Assembly (NCBI GenBank): GCA_964623775.1 | Contig: CAZUVH010000002.1 | Coordinates: 1,089-65,088, forward strand | Source: an uncultured Candidatus Saccharibacteria bacterium | GTDB taxonomy: Bacteria > Patescibacteriota > Minisyncoccia > Phycocordibacterales > UBA2100 | Reading direction: 5' to 3' | DNA length: 64,000 nt | Shown here: in pieces, positions 29,105 to 39,316 of the stretch | Layout: the number at the start of each line of letters is the position of its first letter | Numbering within the stretch: the first letter of the stretch is position 1 | Made by a program: the position numbers and the translations under genes | Notes under the pieces: model-generated | The model's input: the letters and a program-made list of their open reading frames with translations, nothing else | The model's database searches: none | Told to the model about the DNA's origin: nothing

Positions 29105-29170
29105 TATCGAGGCCTCCTTTTACTGAAGAAAATAGTATCACCACTGAGGCTGATATGGTACCTTATTTCA

Positions 29171-32100
29171 ATGGAGGGTTACGATCATAAAAAGATAGAA
29201 AAGAAGAGGCGGGATGCGTGGAGGAAGTCTGATCTCTACAAAGCTGCAGATTCTGTGAAAGGGAAGGACAACTTCTTCCTTCTGACAGAATTTCCGTATC
29301 CATCGGGCAATCTCCACGTCGGTCACTGGTACGCCTTTGCGCTCCCCGACATCCTCGCGCGCTACATGCGCATGAAGGGCAAAAATGTCCTTTTCCCAAT
29401 GGGATTCGACGCTTTTGGTCTGCCCGCAGAAAATGCCGCGATCAAAAATAAATTGAATCCGCGCAGATGGACCGAAAAAAACATCGAGTACATGAAGCAG
29501 CAGATCGCATCGATGGGTGCATCGTTCGACTGGTCGCGAGAAGTGCAGACGATCGACCCGGCGTACTACAAATGGACGCAGTGGCAATTCCTCCAATTTT
29601 TCAAAAAGGGTTTGGTGTATCAGAAGGACACGGCTGTCAATTGGTGCCCCAAAGACAAGACAGTGCTCGCCAACGAGCAGGTGGTGGATGGTAAATGCGA
29701 ACGCTGCGATAGTGTCGTCGAGCAGAAGCTGATGCTCCAATGGAATATCAAAATCACCGAGTACGCCGATCGTCTGATCGATGATCTCGAGCCACTCGAT
29801 TGGCCGCAGGAGATTAAAGAGTCGCAAAAAAATTGGATCGGAAGAAGCGAGGGTGCAGAGATTGACTTCCCGCTTGTACTAGACGCCGATAAGAAAAAGT
29901 ACACGTACTTGTATTTACATGGGTACAAAAGCCAGGCGGACCGGCCGCGAAGCCATTGGTATCGCGCGGGGCTTGAAGCCCTCGGCCACACGGTTGTGAT
30001 TCCTCAGCTACCTGGCACCGAACACCCCATTGAGAGCGAACAAGTGGAGACAGCGCTCAGTGCGACCGAATGGAATGAGAATACTATTGTTGTAGGACAC
30101 AGTCTCGGAGCGATCGTGGCGATGAAGGCACTCCTCAAGTCAGGTAAAAAGATCGGCGGGCTAATATTGGTGGCCCCGGCATTAGACCCGGAATCGGCTG
30201 CGAAAGCACCGAGAACTGGCTTGAATAAGGAATTTAAAAAACCATTTCACGAGACTTTCGATTGGAATATTGATTACGAGAAAATAAAAACCCTCACTGA
30301 TCGTCGCGTCATACTCTCTGATCTTAAAGAGGATCATCGCGTGGAGTATCTGAGAGAACTTTCTAAGAAGATTGACGGTCAGCTCGTGGAGACTACTGCC
30401 GTAGAAGAGCATTTTACAGGGGATACGGAGCCCGACGTACTTATGTGGCTTCGACCAACCGCGCGGGTTTTCACCACACGCCCGGATACGCTCTTTGGCG
30501 CAACGTATCTCGTGCTGTCGCCCGAGCATCTCTGGGTGCAGCTCGCGCTCAAGCATAGGACGGTGCTCAAGAATAACGATGCTGTGCAGAAGTATGTCGA
30601 TGATGCAAAGAGGAAATCAGACATGGATCGTCAGACGAGTAAGGAGAAAACAGGGGTACAACTCGAGGGTGTGTACGCGATCAATCCAGCAAATGGCGAG
30701 AAGATCCCCCTGTATGTCGCGGATTATGTGCTCGCTACCTACGGCACGGGTGCGATCATGGCAGTGCCTGCCCACGACGAGCGCGACTACGAATTTGCGC
30801 AGAAATTCAATATTCCTATCACGCGTGTCGTTGACCCGGTGCTTACACAAACATCCGGCTCGTCTGCATTTAAAGAGGGGGAAGAATACCAAGACAGCGA
30901 TGGTGTTATCGCGGTTGTAAAGCATTGGGCTGAAGATAAGTATCTCGGCCTCAAGTGGAAGGGCACGGACTGGGTAACGCTTCTCACGGGCGGTATCGAC
31001 GACGGATACACCGCGGAACAAACTGTGCTCAAGGAAATTTCGGAAGAGACTGGCTACAAGAATGCAAAAGTAGCGCGGCAGCTCGCGACAATCCACAGCA
31101 AGTATTTTCATGTGCCGAAAGACAAAAACCGTTTCGGACATGCGCCGACGTTCTATGTGCAACTTACCGATGGCGAGCGTGAGGAAATTTCCGCCGAAGA
31201 GGAATCGAAGCACGAGCTTGTTTGGCTTACGCCAGCCGAGATGGCCTCGGCTCTTACGGCTGTGTCACACAGGGAAGCGCTCTCGATACTCAAAACCGGT
31301 GTCTATACCGGTGCGGGGATGCTCACTAATTCGGGGGAATTCGACGGCATGATGTCTGGTGAGGCCAAGGCAAAAATAACCGAGAAATTTGGAAGAAAAA
31401 AAACGACTTATAAACTGCGCGATTGGATTGTCTCGCGCCAGCGCTACTGGGGTGTGCCGATTCCGATCATCCACTGCGAGAAATGCGGTCCGGTAGCAGT
31501 GCCCGACAAGGACTTGCCGGTGAAATTGCCCGACGTCGAAGATTATCTCCCGACGGGCGACGGTAAATCGCCGCTCGCCAAGGTTGAATCTTTTGTGAAC
31601 GTTGAGTGTCCCAACTGTAAGAAGCCTGCGAAAAGGGAAACAGACACGCTCGATACGTTTGTCGATTCATCGTGGTATTTCCTGCGTTACACCGATCCGA
31701 AAAATAAAAAGGAGTTTGCCGATCGCGAAAGCCAGGATCATTGGATGCCTATAGATCTCTATTCTGGCGGCGCTGAGCACACCACCATGCACCTCCTCTA
31801 CAGTCGCTTCTGGCACAAAGCGCTCTACGATCTCGGACTCGTAAAAGATCCCGAGCCGTACAAAAAACGCATGAACAGGAGCCTCATCATGGGCCCCGAT
31901 GGTCAGAAAATGAGTAAATCGCGCGGCAATGTAATCGATCCTGACGAGGTCGTCGATCGACTCGGCGCCGATACGGTACGCATGTATCTCGCGTTTATCG
32001 GTCCGTACAATGAAGTATCCAACTATCCGTGGAATCCCGATGGCGTCGTGGGCGTGCGCCGATTCCTTGAGCGCATATTCCGACTGCAAGAAATCGTGCA

Positions 32101-32575
32101 AAAAGACGACGTGCCAGAGCTCAATGCCGCGCTTCACCGAACAATCAAAAAGGTGGGGGATGATATAGAGGTGCTGAAATTCAATACCGCAATCAGCTCT
32201 CTTATGATATTCCTCAACAAAGTCGAAAAGAAAAAATCGATCGGCGAGCGTCAGTGGGCGTTCCTTTTGAAGTTGCTCGAACCTTTTGCGCCATTCATTG
32301 CCGACGAGCTGTGGAGCCGATCCGGTCACAAGAGCGATCTTCTTGAGGAAGAGTGGCCGCAGTACGACGAAGGACAAATGCGCGAGCAAACAATCACGAT
32401 CGCGGTGCAGGTCAATGGCAAGACTCGCGCGCAGATCCAGGTACCCTCCGACGCCGATAAGGCGGCAGTGGAAACGCAGGCAAAAGAAGCCATAGCGACC
32501 CGCATCCTCGGCAAAAAGATCGAGAAGACCATTGTCGTCCCGAACCGTCTCGTCAATTTCGTCGTTGAGGCCTAG
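29171..32575 (+). CDS. leuS: Leucyl-tRNA synthetase with inserted alpha/beta-hydrolase and NUDIX domains
   Basis: FPYPSGNLHVGH, FTTRPDT, GTGAIMAVPAHD, SRQRYWG and KMSKS; start at ATG 29171. Confidence 0.96.
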   Translation: MEGYDHKKIEKKRRDAWRKSDLYKAADSVKGKDNFFLLTEFPYPSGNLHVGHWYAFALPDILARYMRMKGKNVLFPMGFDAFGLPAENAAIKNKLNPRRWTEKNIEYMKQQIASMGASFDWSREVQTIDPAYYKWTQWQFLQFFKKGLVYQKDTAVNWCPKDKTVLANEQVVDGKCERCDSVVEQKLMLQWNIKITEYADRLIDDLEPLDWPQEIKESQKNWIGRSEGAEIDFPLVLDADKKKYTYLYLHGYKSQADRPRSHWYRAGLEALGHTVVIPQLPGTEHPIESEQVETALSATEWNENTIVVGHSLGAIVAMKALLKSGKKIGGLILVAPALDPESAAKAPRTGLNKEFKKPFHETFDWNIDYEKIKTLTDRRVILSDLKEDHRVEYLRELSKKIDGQLVETTAVEEHFTGDTEPDVLMWLRPTARVFTTRPDTLFGATYLVLSPEHLWVQLALKHRTVLKNNDAVQKYVDDAKRKSDMDRQTSKEKTGVQLEGVYAINPANGEKIPLYVADYVLATYGTGAIMAVPAHDERDYEFAQKFNIPITRVVDPVLTQTSGSSAFKEGEEYQDSDGVIAVVKHWAEDKYLGLKWKGTDWVTLLTGGIDDGYTAEQTVLKEISEETGYKNAKVARQLATIHSKYFHVPKDKNRFGHAPTFYVQLTDGEREEISAEEESKHELVWLTPAEMASALTAVSHREALSILKTGVYTGAGMLTNSGEFDGMMSGEAKAKITEKFGRKKTTYKLRDWIVSRQRYWGVPIPIIHCEKCGPVAVPDKDLPVKLPDVEDYLPTGDGKSPLAKVESFVNVECPNCKKPAKRETDTLDTFVDSSWYFLRYTDPKNKKEFADRESQDHWMPIDLYSGGAEHTTMHLLYSRFWHKALYDLGLVKDPEPYKKRMNRSLIMGPDGQKMSKSRGNVIDPDEVVDRLGADTVRMYLAFIGPYNEVSNYPWNPDGVVGVRRFLERIFRLQEIVQKDDVPELNAALHRTIKKVGDDIEVLKFNTAISSLMIFLNKVEKKKSIGERQWAFLLKLLEPFAPFIADELWSRSGHKSDLLEEEWPQYDEGQMREQTITIAVQVNGKTRAQIQVPSDADKAAVETQAKEAIATRILGKKIEKTIVVPNRLVNFVVEA

Positions 32576-32620
32576 TTTTTTTGGTACAGCAAAGTGCTGG
32601 AGAAGTGGTAGGATTTTCGT

Positions 32621-32968
32621 ATGGATACACACAACAAGATTGAAGAGGGGATGGTCACGACGGCTTTTGGAATTGAGGGATATAGAGTGGTGAAAAATTT
32701 CGGGGTAACGCGCGGGATTATCGTCCGATCGCGATCGATTTTCGGGACCATTGCCGGCGGCCTGCAGACGATCGTAGGCGGCAATATCACGATGTTTACA
32801 TCACTTTGCGAGCGTACACGCAAAGACGCTTTTGAATTAATGCTCCAACATGCGGCCGAAATGGGCGCCAATGCGGTTATTGGCTTTCGATACGACGCGA
32901 CCGAGATTGGCGGGGGAGTGACGGAGGTACTCGCATACGGCACCGCCGTGCAGCTCGAGAAAATCTAA
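32621..32968 (+). CDS. YbjQ/UPF0145 family protein
   Basis: VTT...[15 protein letters not shown] and EVLAYGTAV. Confidence 0.9.
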   Translation: MDTHNKIEEGMVTTAFGIEGYRVVKNFGVTRGIIVRSRSIFGTIAGGLQTIVGGNITMFTSLCERTRKDAFELMLQHAAEMGANAVIGFRYDATEIGGGVTEVLAYGTAVQLEKI

Positions 32969-33030
32969 GACTTTCCCACGGAAAAGAGATAGTGTAAAGT
33001 GCCTAGAGAAAAAAATGAAAGGAGAGTCAA

Positions 33031-33675
33031 ATGAGACGGCTCGTCTTCATTTGGGCGGTCTTTTGGTGCGTTATTGGCGCCTCTACTGCGGCCTTGGCGC
33101 AAGGAGACAGGAGGCCCGTTGTCGTGTTTATCGGCTCGTCGTCGATAGCGCAATGGCACAATCTACAGAAGGATTTCCCGTCCTATCGGACGGTCAATCT
33201 GGGAGTCAACGGTAGCGCAGAGCTCCCTGGCGGCCAGGTCTTGCCGCGAATGATCGAAATGATCGACACGGATGTGGTCCCGCTTCGGCCGGCAGCGGTC
33301 GTTGTGTACGGAGGTGAAAACGATCTCTGGGGCAACGACGATGTGTCCAAGAGGAAATCACCAAAAGAGGTAGTGGAGCTCCTGAGTGCGTTTAGAAAAA
33401 GGCTTCACGCGCATATGCCCAATGCACGTATCGTGTTTATCTCGATCAAACCGAGCCCTTCACGATGGAAAATTGAGAACGATCTTATCGTTACAAATTT
33501 TCTGATGAAGCTGATGGTCCTGAAGCACCCGAATCTCCGCTTTGTCGATATCTATATCCCGATGCTCAACGATAGAGGCGAGCCTGATTCGAGCTTCTAT
33601 TCTCCGGACAGTCTGCACATGAGTGAAGCCGGCTATACGCTCTGGAAAAATGCGGTCACCAAAGCTCTCAAATAA
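33031..33675 (+). CDS. Secreted SGNH/GDSL hydrolase (cassette-like)
   Basis: FIGSSSI, NLGVNG, YGGEND and DSLH motifs; AAAGGAG SD; terminator at about 33679-33711. Confidence 0.85.
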   Translation: MRRLVFIWAVFWCVIGASTAALAQGDRRPVVVFIGSSSIAQWHNLQKDFPSYRTVNLGVNGSAELPGGQVLPRMIEMIDTDVVPLRPAAVVVYGGENDLWGNDDVSKRKSPKEVVELLSAFRKRLHAHMPNARIVFISIKPSPSRWKIENDLIVTNFLMKLMVLKHPNLRFVDIYIPMLNDRGEPDSSFYSPDSLHMSEAGYTLWKNAVTKALK

Positions 33676-33730
33676 AACTAACCCTTACCTCAAACGTGAG
33701 GGTTTTTGTTTTGCTTACCGTTTTTCTAAC

Positions 33731-33798
33731 GAGGATAGTGAGGGAAATGAATACGTGTTTTCATTTCCGAGCGACGCAGTCAGCAAGAGGTTTACCTC
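33731..33798. repeat. Dispersed structured repeat, copy B
   Basis: Homologous to 24100-24167; overlaps the cysS stop. Confidence 0.8.
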
Positions 33799-35297
33799 TT
33801 GAATACTTTTGCGCCATCAGGTGAGTCTTCGAGTGTGTAGCCGAGATCGGTGATTTCATTGCGTATGGCATCGGCGCGTGTCCAATCCTTTTCCGCGCGC
33901 GCCTTTTCACGACGCTCCACCAATTCTCTTATTTCAATAGGTAGCTCACTTTGTGTTATTTCGACAGTGGAGTATGGCTGTGCCAATTTCTTTGCCAGCT
34001 CATCAGGCTCTCTCAGATTGAGACCAAGCACACGGTCGAAATCGAGAATGGTCGCAAGAAGGTCTGCGGGCTCGATACTCTCGTCCTTCGTCATTTCCCA
34101 CAGTACGGCGAGGGCGCCCGGCGTATCGAGATCATCCTGAATCTTGCCCATGAATCTCGCGTGCCACCTGTGTACGATCGTTCCGCCCGTCTGTGATCGA
34201 AGCTCCTCGCAGATCGCAATAAGCTTGCTGTAGGCTGTCTGGGCAGCGGTGAGCGCCTCCCAGGTAAAATTCATCGGCGTGCGGTAGTGCGCTCCTAGAA
34301 AGAGGTAACGCAATGAGAGCGGATGATATCCGCGCTCGGTGATATCAGAGAGATAGACTACGGTGCCCTCTGATTTGGCGATCTTGCCACCATCGATCTG
34401 GATATGATTGCGGTGAAGCCAGAATCTGGAAAAGGGCTTTTTTCCCGAGGACGCCTCCGACTGTGCGATCTCGTTGTTGTGGTGTATCGCGATGTGTTCG
34501 ATACCGCCCGTATGGATGTCGAGCTGCTCACCGAGCGTCGCCCTCGCCATCGCCGAGCACTCGATATGCCACCCGGGGAAGCCGCGACCCCACGGCGATT
34601 CCCAGCCCATTTTTGCTGCGCCGCGCTTGGCCTCAGGCGTGAATTTCCAAAGAATAAAATCTTGAGGATTGCGCTTGGAGCTCTTTACATCGACACGCGC
34701 GCCTTCTTTCTGACCTTCAAGATTGATATTGCCCAAGCACCCGTACGCAGGGAAACGGGAGATGTCGTAGTAGATGCCATCTTCTCCCTTGTATGCATAG
34801 CCCTTTTCCTCAAGTGTGCGGATGATCGCAATCTGCGCATCGATGTATTCGCTCGCGCGTGGAAAACTGACAGAATCCACTTCCACATTGAGTGTGCGGA
34901 TATCCTCAAGAAAGATATTGGTATATTTCTCCGCCAAGACTTTCATGTTGGCCATTGAGGGGCGCAACTTCTCTCGTTTGAGACCTTTGAGCATCTTGTC
35001 CTCGCCCTCATCTGCGTCAGAGGTGAGATGACCGAAATCGGTGATGTTGATCGTCTGTTTTACGGCAAGACCTGAGTACTCAAGCGTGCGACGTAGGATA
35101 TCGGTGAATACAAACATCGAGAGATTCCCGATATGCTGGCGACCATAGACGGTGGGGCCGCAATTGTACATGCGCACATATTTCATGCCGGGCGCAAGCG
35201 AAAATTCCTGCTTTTCTTTCGCCAGAGTGTTGTAAAAACGAGGCATCAGGGCCTTCGAGGGGGCATTCCTATTGAAGAGAGAATCAAGAAATCCCAT
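33792..35297 (-). CDS. cysS: Cysteinyl-tRNA synthetase
   Basis: CGPTVY..QHIGN, PGWHIECSAM, HHNNEIAQS and KIAKS. Confidence 0.97.
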   Translation of the reverse strand: MGFLDSLFNRNAPSKALMPRFYNTLAKEKQEFSLAPGMKYVRMYNCGPTVYGRQHIGNLSMFVFTDILRRTLEYSGLAVKQTINITDFGHLTSDADEGEDKMLKGLKREKLRPSMANMKVLAEKYTNIFLEDIRTLNVEVDSVSFPRASEYIDAQIAIIRTLEEKGYAYKGEDGIYYDISRFPAYGCLGNINLEGQKEGARVDVKSSKRNPQDFILWKFTPEAKRGAAKMGWESPWGRGFPGWHIECSAMARATLGEQLDIHTGGIEHIAIHHNNEIAQSEASSGKKPFSRFWLHRNHIQIDGGKIAKSEGTVVYLSDITERGYHPLSLRYLFLGAHYRTPMNFTWEALTAAQTAYSKLIAICEELRSQTGGTIVHRWHARFMGKIQDDLDTPGALAVLWEMTKDESIEPADLLATILDFDRVLGLNLREPDELAKKLAQPYSTVEITQSELPIEIRELVERREKARAEKDWTRADAIRNEITDLGYTLEDSPDGAKVFKR

Positions 35298-35315
35298 ACG
35301 TGGAGAGGTTGTATA

Positions 35316-36221
35316 TTATAGCCATTTCTTGTGTTTGAAGAACCACAACATGGAGGCTCCCGTAGCGACTACCGCTGTAAGGACAAACCAAAAGCCAGCA
35401 TGCTTCAGTGGATTGTCATCCATGTGCAGGTCGGAAATCGCTACGAAGAGGGCGAGAGGGAAGGTGAGGAGGGCCATAATGGTCAATACACGCATGGTCT
35501 CATTTTGCTTGGTTGTGAGGAGCGAATTGTTGGTCTCGCGCAGCTCGTGAAGTGTCTCGGTGTTGCGCATAATGTGATTGTGGACACGATAATATTCGTG
35601 AGAAATCGCTTGTGCGTACGAGCGGAATTCATCTCCAAAAAAGCGCGGGCCCTCGGTCTCGAAATCCTGGAGCACCTCGCGATGGGGCTCTATAGTCTGC
35701 CTCAGATTCAATAGGTCGCGTGCATTGCGAGAGATGGCCTCAACCATCGCGACTTCGAGGCCGGCAAAAATGTCACTTTCGATACGCGCGAGCTCCTGTC
35801 GCACAAAATCCACCTCGTGCTCGACGGCTTTGTACATTTTTTTCAAAATGAAAAAAAGGAGATGCCCCGCGTGCTCGCCGACCGGATTTTTCTGTAGCGT
35901 CGAATTTACCTCGATGATCTTTGAAAATTTATGAAGCGCGTCAATGGTCTCGTAATGAGTGGTTATGAGAAAATCCTTACCAAATACAAAATCCACCTCC
36001 TGCTCTTTTTTGTTGTGTGAATGCCGGAGGGCAGGGAAGTGCATAATCATATAGAAATAATCACCGTGTCTCTCGACACGCGGCTTTGTAGAGGGGAGCA
36101 TCAGCTCCTCCGTGATCATTCTGTTTAATCCGTATTCGAGCGCTACACTTGCGACCTCATCGCGAGAAGGATTCTCGAGATCGATCCAGACGATACCTCC
36201 GTGAGAAAATCGTGAAATCAT
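35316..36221 (-). CDS. corA: CorA-family divalent cation transporter
   Basis: WIDLENP, RVE, KQNETMRVLT and two C-terminal TMs; GMN motif degenerate; start at 36221. Confidence 0.8.
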   Translation of the reverse strand: MISRFSHGGIVWIDLENPSRDEVASVALEYGLNRMITEELMLPSTKPRVERHGDYFYMIMHFPALRHSHNKKEQEVDFVFGKDFLITTHYETIDALHKFSKIIEVNSTLQKNPVGEHAGHLLFFILKKMYKAVEHEVDFVRQELARIESDIFAGLEVAMVEAISRNARDLLNLRQTIEPHREVLQDFETEGPRFFGDEFRSYAQAISHEYYRVHNHIMRNTETLHELRETNNSLLTTKQNETMRVLTIMALLTFPLALFVAISDLHMDDNPLKHAGFWFVLTAVVATGASMLWFFKHKKWL

Positions 36222-36281
36222 TCGTTTTATTATAACGCGTATAACGTGCGGGCAGACCCCGCATGTGAGATAATCGAATCC

Positions 36282-37529
36282 ATGTTCCCTGAGCAGGTCA
36301 AGAGTACATTTCAAATGCGCAGCGCGATTGTCGCCGGAATCCTCATGCTCGCGTGTGGCTTTGCGGTCGGTGTGTTTGTCGGCCAGCGTTCCGCTACCGG
36401 AATCGCTTTTGCAGAGCGGCAAGCGCCGGAAGGAGTCGACATGTCTCCCGTATGGAAAGCGTGGCAGGTGATCGATGAGAAATTCGTCCCCGCTGCCGTT
36501 GCCACTTCCACCAAGATCTCCACCTCGACTGCTGAGATCAATGAAGAACGCGTCTACGGGATGATCCAGGGGCTCGCAGGATCACTCAATGATCCGTACA
36601 CATTCTTCCTGCCGCCGGTCGAGAACGAAATGTTCTCATCCGATATGAGCGGAAGCTTCGAGGGTGTGGGCATGGAAATTGCGATCAAAAACAACGTCCT
36701 TACGGTCGTGTCTCCTCTCAAGGGATCGCCCGCAGAGGCTGCGGGCATACAAAGTGGTGATTTGATACTTAAGATCGACGGCATCGATACAAAAGGCATG
36801 GATGTAAGTTCTGCAGTGCAGAAGATCCGAGGAAAAGGCGGGACGTACGTAAAGCTCAATCTGATGCGCGAAGGATGGGGTGAGCCGAAAGATTTCTCTG
36901 TCAAGCGCGATGTCATCAATGTACCGATTGTCACTACCAAAAAGATGGAAGGCGGCGTATTTGTGATCGAAGTGCGCTCGTTTACATCTTCTTCGCCACA
37001 TCTTTTTCGTGAGGCGCTGCGCGAATTCATAGAGTCTGGCAATACGAAACTCGCGCTCGATTTGCGTGGCAATCCGGGCGGCTACCTCGACGCCGCTGTC
37101 GCTATGGCGAGCTGGTTTTTGCCGTCGGGCGCGGTGATCGTGAGCGAGGATTATGCAGGACACGAACCGACGGTCGCACACCGCTCGCTCGGCTACGATA
37201 TTTTCAATAAAAATCTCAGGATGGTCGTCCTCGTCGATAGGGGCAGTGCCTCGGCCTCGGAAATTCTCGCCGATGCGCTGCGCCACTACGGTATCGCAAA
37301 GCTCGTTGGTACCAACACATTTGGTAAGGGCTCTGTGCAGGAGCTCGTCGACATAACGCCCACGACGGCTCTCAAGATTACCGTCGCGAGGTGGCTCGGG
37401 CCGGATGGGGAACAGATCCCGCTCACCGGTATCGCTCCGGATGTCGAGGTCAAAATGGATGAAGAGGACGTAAAAGAAAAACGTGATCCGCAGATGGATA
37501 AGGCACTCGAAGTTTTGAAGAGTCTCTAA
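36282..37529 (+). CDS. S41 carboxyl-terminal processing protease with PDZ domain
   Basis: [21 protein letters not shown] and TFGKGSVQ. Confidence 0.93.
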   Translation: MFPEQVKSTFQMRSAIVAGILMLACGFAVGVFVGQRSATGIAFAERQAPEGVDMSPVWKAWQVIDEKFVPAAVATSTKISTSTAEINEERVYGMIQGLAGSLNDPYTFFLPPVENEMFSSDMSGSFEGVGMEIAIKNNVLTVVSPLKGSPAEAAGIQSGDLILKIDGIDTKGMDVSSAVQKIRGKGGTYVKLNLMREGWGEPKDFSVKRDVINVPIVTTKKMEGGVFVIEVRSFTSSSPHLFREALREFIESGNTKLALDLRGNPGGYLDAAVAMASWFLPSGAVIVSEDYAGHEPTVAHRSLGYDIFNKNLRMVVLVDRGSASASEILADALRHYGIAKLVGTNTFGKGSVQELVDITPTTALKITVARWLGPDGEQIPLTGIAPDVEVKMDEEDVKEKRDPQMDKALEVLKSL

Positions 37530-37566
37530 TCTTGCGCACACCCCGGTGTTGGGATACAAAGAGTGC

Positions 37567-38001
37567 ATGAAAGTTATTTTTCTCAAAGATGTCGGCGGGG
37601 TAGGGCAGAAGGGGACCGTCAAAGAGGTTTCTGATGGCTATGCGTTCAATCACCTCATTCCCAACGGTCTTGCCAAGCAGGCAACTCCCGAGGCGATGGC
37701 AGATTTCAACAGGCAAAAAGCGATCAATGAAAAGGTGAATGCCGAAAAAAATGCCGTGGTCGCATCGAATCTCAAAGCGATTGACGGTAAAGAATTTACA
37801 CTAAAAGCACGCGCCAACGACAACGGACATCTCTTTAAAGGAATCGGAAAGGCTGATGTCGTGAAAACAATCGGTCATGCTATTACCGCAGAAATGATTG
37901 CGGATATCGGTACGATCAAGGAAGTGGGCGGCTACCAAATCAAATTCGCCGCAGCAAATGCCGCGGCGACCGTGAAATTGAATATTGTAAAGGAGGACTA
38001 A
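37567..38001 (+). CDS. rplI: 50S ribosomal protein L9
   Basis: [28 protein letters not shown]. Confidence 0.95.
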   Translation: MKVIFLKDVGGVGQKGTVKEVSDGYAFNHLIPNGLAKQATPEAMADFNRQKAINEKVNAEKNAVVASNLKAIDGKEFTLKARANDNGHLFKGIGKADVVKTIGHAITAEMIADIGTIKEVGGYQIKFAAANAAATVKLNIVKED

Positions 38002-38270
38002 ATTACATCCACCACGCGGCGGCGGGTCTGAGTGCCGTCGAAGTTGACCTTGCGAGCCGAGCGGAATTTGACTACACCTGCAGCAAGCGCGAAGAGTGTG
38101 TGGTCCTTGCCGATTCCGATGTTTTTGCCGGCCATGATCGCAGTACCGCGCTGGCGGACAATGATTTCTCCCGTATTTACCTTGGTACCGTCACCGCGCT
38201 TTACGCCGAGATACTTCGGATTTGAGTCGCGTAGGTTTTTAGTTGTTCCGCCTGCTTTTGTATGTGCCAT
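37998..38270 (-). CDS. rpmA: 50S ribosomal protein L27
   Basis: [22 protein letters not shown] and GKDHTLFA. Confidence 0.97.
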   Translation of the reverse strand: MAHTKAGGTTKNLRDSNPKYLGVKRGDGTKVNTGEIIVRQRGTAIMAGKNIGIGKDHTLFALAAGVVKFRSARKVNFDGTQTRRRVVDVI

Positions 38271-38275
38271 AGGTT

Positions 38276-38308
38276 AAGTATCAAGTAGCAGGTATCAAGT
38301 ATCAAATA
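38276..38308 (-). repeat. Heptamer tandem repeat upstream of rpmA
   Basis: + strand aagtatc aagtagc aggtatc aagtatc aaata. Confidence 0.7.
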
Positions 38309-38327
38309 AATACTGTAATATGCCCGC

Positions 38328-38696
38328 GTGAAGAATATACAGGAAATAGCAGGGTTTTGCAAGGGCATACTCGACGACTTCTTGAGGGATAAGGGCCTCT
38401 TTATAGCCGTATTTTTGGCCATTTTAGCCTCTTTTGGCCTGGGGAGGCTCTCTGCCCTGGAGGCCTCGAAACAGCCTATTTCCATCCGCCAGGCGGCCTC
38501 TGCAGCTGCCGCAGTACGTATGGAATTAGGGGGCCAGTATGTGGCCTCCCGCGGCGGCTCCGTCTATTACTTCCCTTGGTGCGGAGGTGCGGGCGCTATC
38601 GACTCTCAAAATCAGATCTGGTTCAAATCAGAAGAAGCTGCGAGGAGGGCAGGGTATTCTCCAGCCAAGAATTGCAAAGGCTTGGGAACCAAGTAA
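38328..38696 (+). CDS. Membrane-anchored protein with Ada metal-binding-like C-terminal domain
   Basis: ASFGLGRLS, YVASRGG.VYYFPWC and A...GYSPAKNC. Confidence 0.75.
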   Translation: MKNIQEIAGFCKGILDDFLRDKGLFIAVFLAILASFGLGRLSALEASKQPISIRQAASAAAAVRMELGGQYVASRGGSVYYFPWCGGAGAIDSQNQIWFKSEEAARRAGYSPAKNCKGLGTK

Positions 38697-38716
38697 TTAC
38701 GGGCTAAAATAGATGT

Positions 38717-39313
38717 ATGTTGGTTCTCGACATTGAAGCCTCCGGCGTAGAGGCGCACAAACACTCGATCGTCTCGATCGGGGCGCTTGATCTAGATAAC
38801 CCGAAGAATCGTTTCTACATGGAATGCCACGTGTGGGACGGCGCCCATATCATGGATGACGCCCTCGCGGTCAATGGATTTACGAAAGAGCAGATCACCG
38901 ACAAAAGTAAGCCGAGCGAGGCGGATCTTGTCCATGCTTTCAAGGAGTGGAGCGAGAGCGTGCAGAATCGCACGATTGCCGGCCAGAATCCCTCATTCGA
39001 TCGCGACTTTCTGAAATACGCTGCAGAGCGTGCTGGCCACACCGACTGGCCTTTTGCGCATCGCACACTCGACACGCACACGATGGCCTACATGCACATG
39101 ATCAATCGCGGCATGCAGCCGCCTGTAAAAAATAACCGCTCCGCGCTCAATCTCGATGCGGTGCTCGAGTATTGCGGTATTCCCGATGAGCCATCTCCGC
39201 ACAATGCGCTCACCGGCGCGCTTTCTCACGCCGAAGTCATCGCCCGATTGCTCTACGGTCGCAAACTCCTCCCCGAATTCGAACAATTTGATATTCCGTG
39301 GAGTGCGAGATAG
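38717..39313 (+). CDS. DEDDh 3'-5' exonuclease
   Basis: LDIEASG, GQNPSFDRDFL and HNAL motifs. Confidence 0.85.
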   Translation: MLVLDIEASGVEAHKHSIVSIGALDLDNPKNRFYMECHVWDGAHIMDDALAVNGFTKEQITDKSKPSEADLVHAFKEWSESVQNRTIAGQNPSFDRDFLKYAAERAGHTDWPFAHRTLDTHTMAYMHMINRGMQPPVKNNRSALNLDAVLEYCGIPDEPSPHNALTGALSHAEVIARLLYGRKLLPEFEQFDIPWSAR

Positions 39314-39316
39314 CTC

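Noticed and set aside
29027-29170. Extended N-terminus of LeuRS (likewise track starts at 11727, 15315, 36422, 41291 and 45088)
   Set aside because: The extensions overlap neighbouring genes or promoters; downstream ATGs match family N-termini and usually the -10 spacing.
31667-37622. Long antisense ORFs (e.g. 31667-32632 and 36636-37622; also 4156-4974 and 45706-46530)
   Set aside because: Shadow frames opposite well-supported genes, with no motifs or initiation signals.
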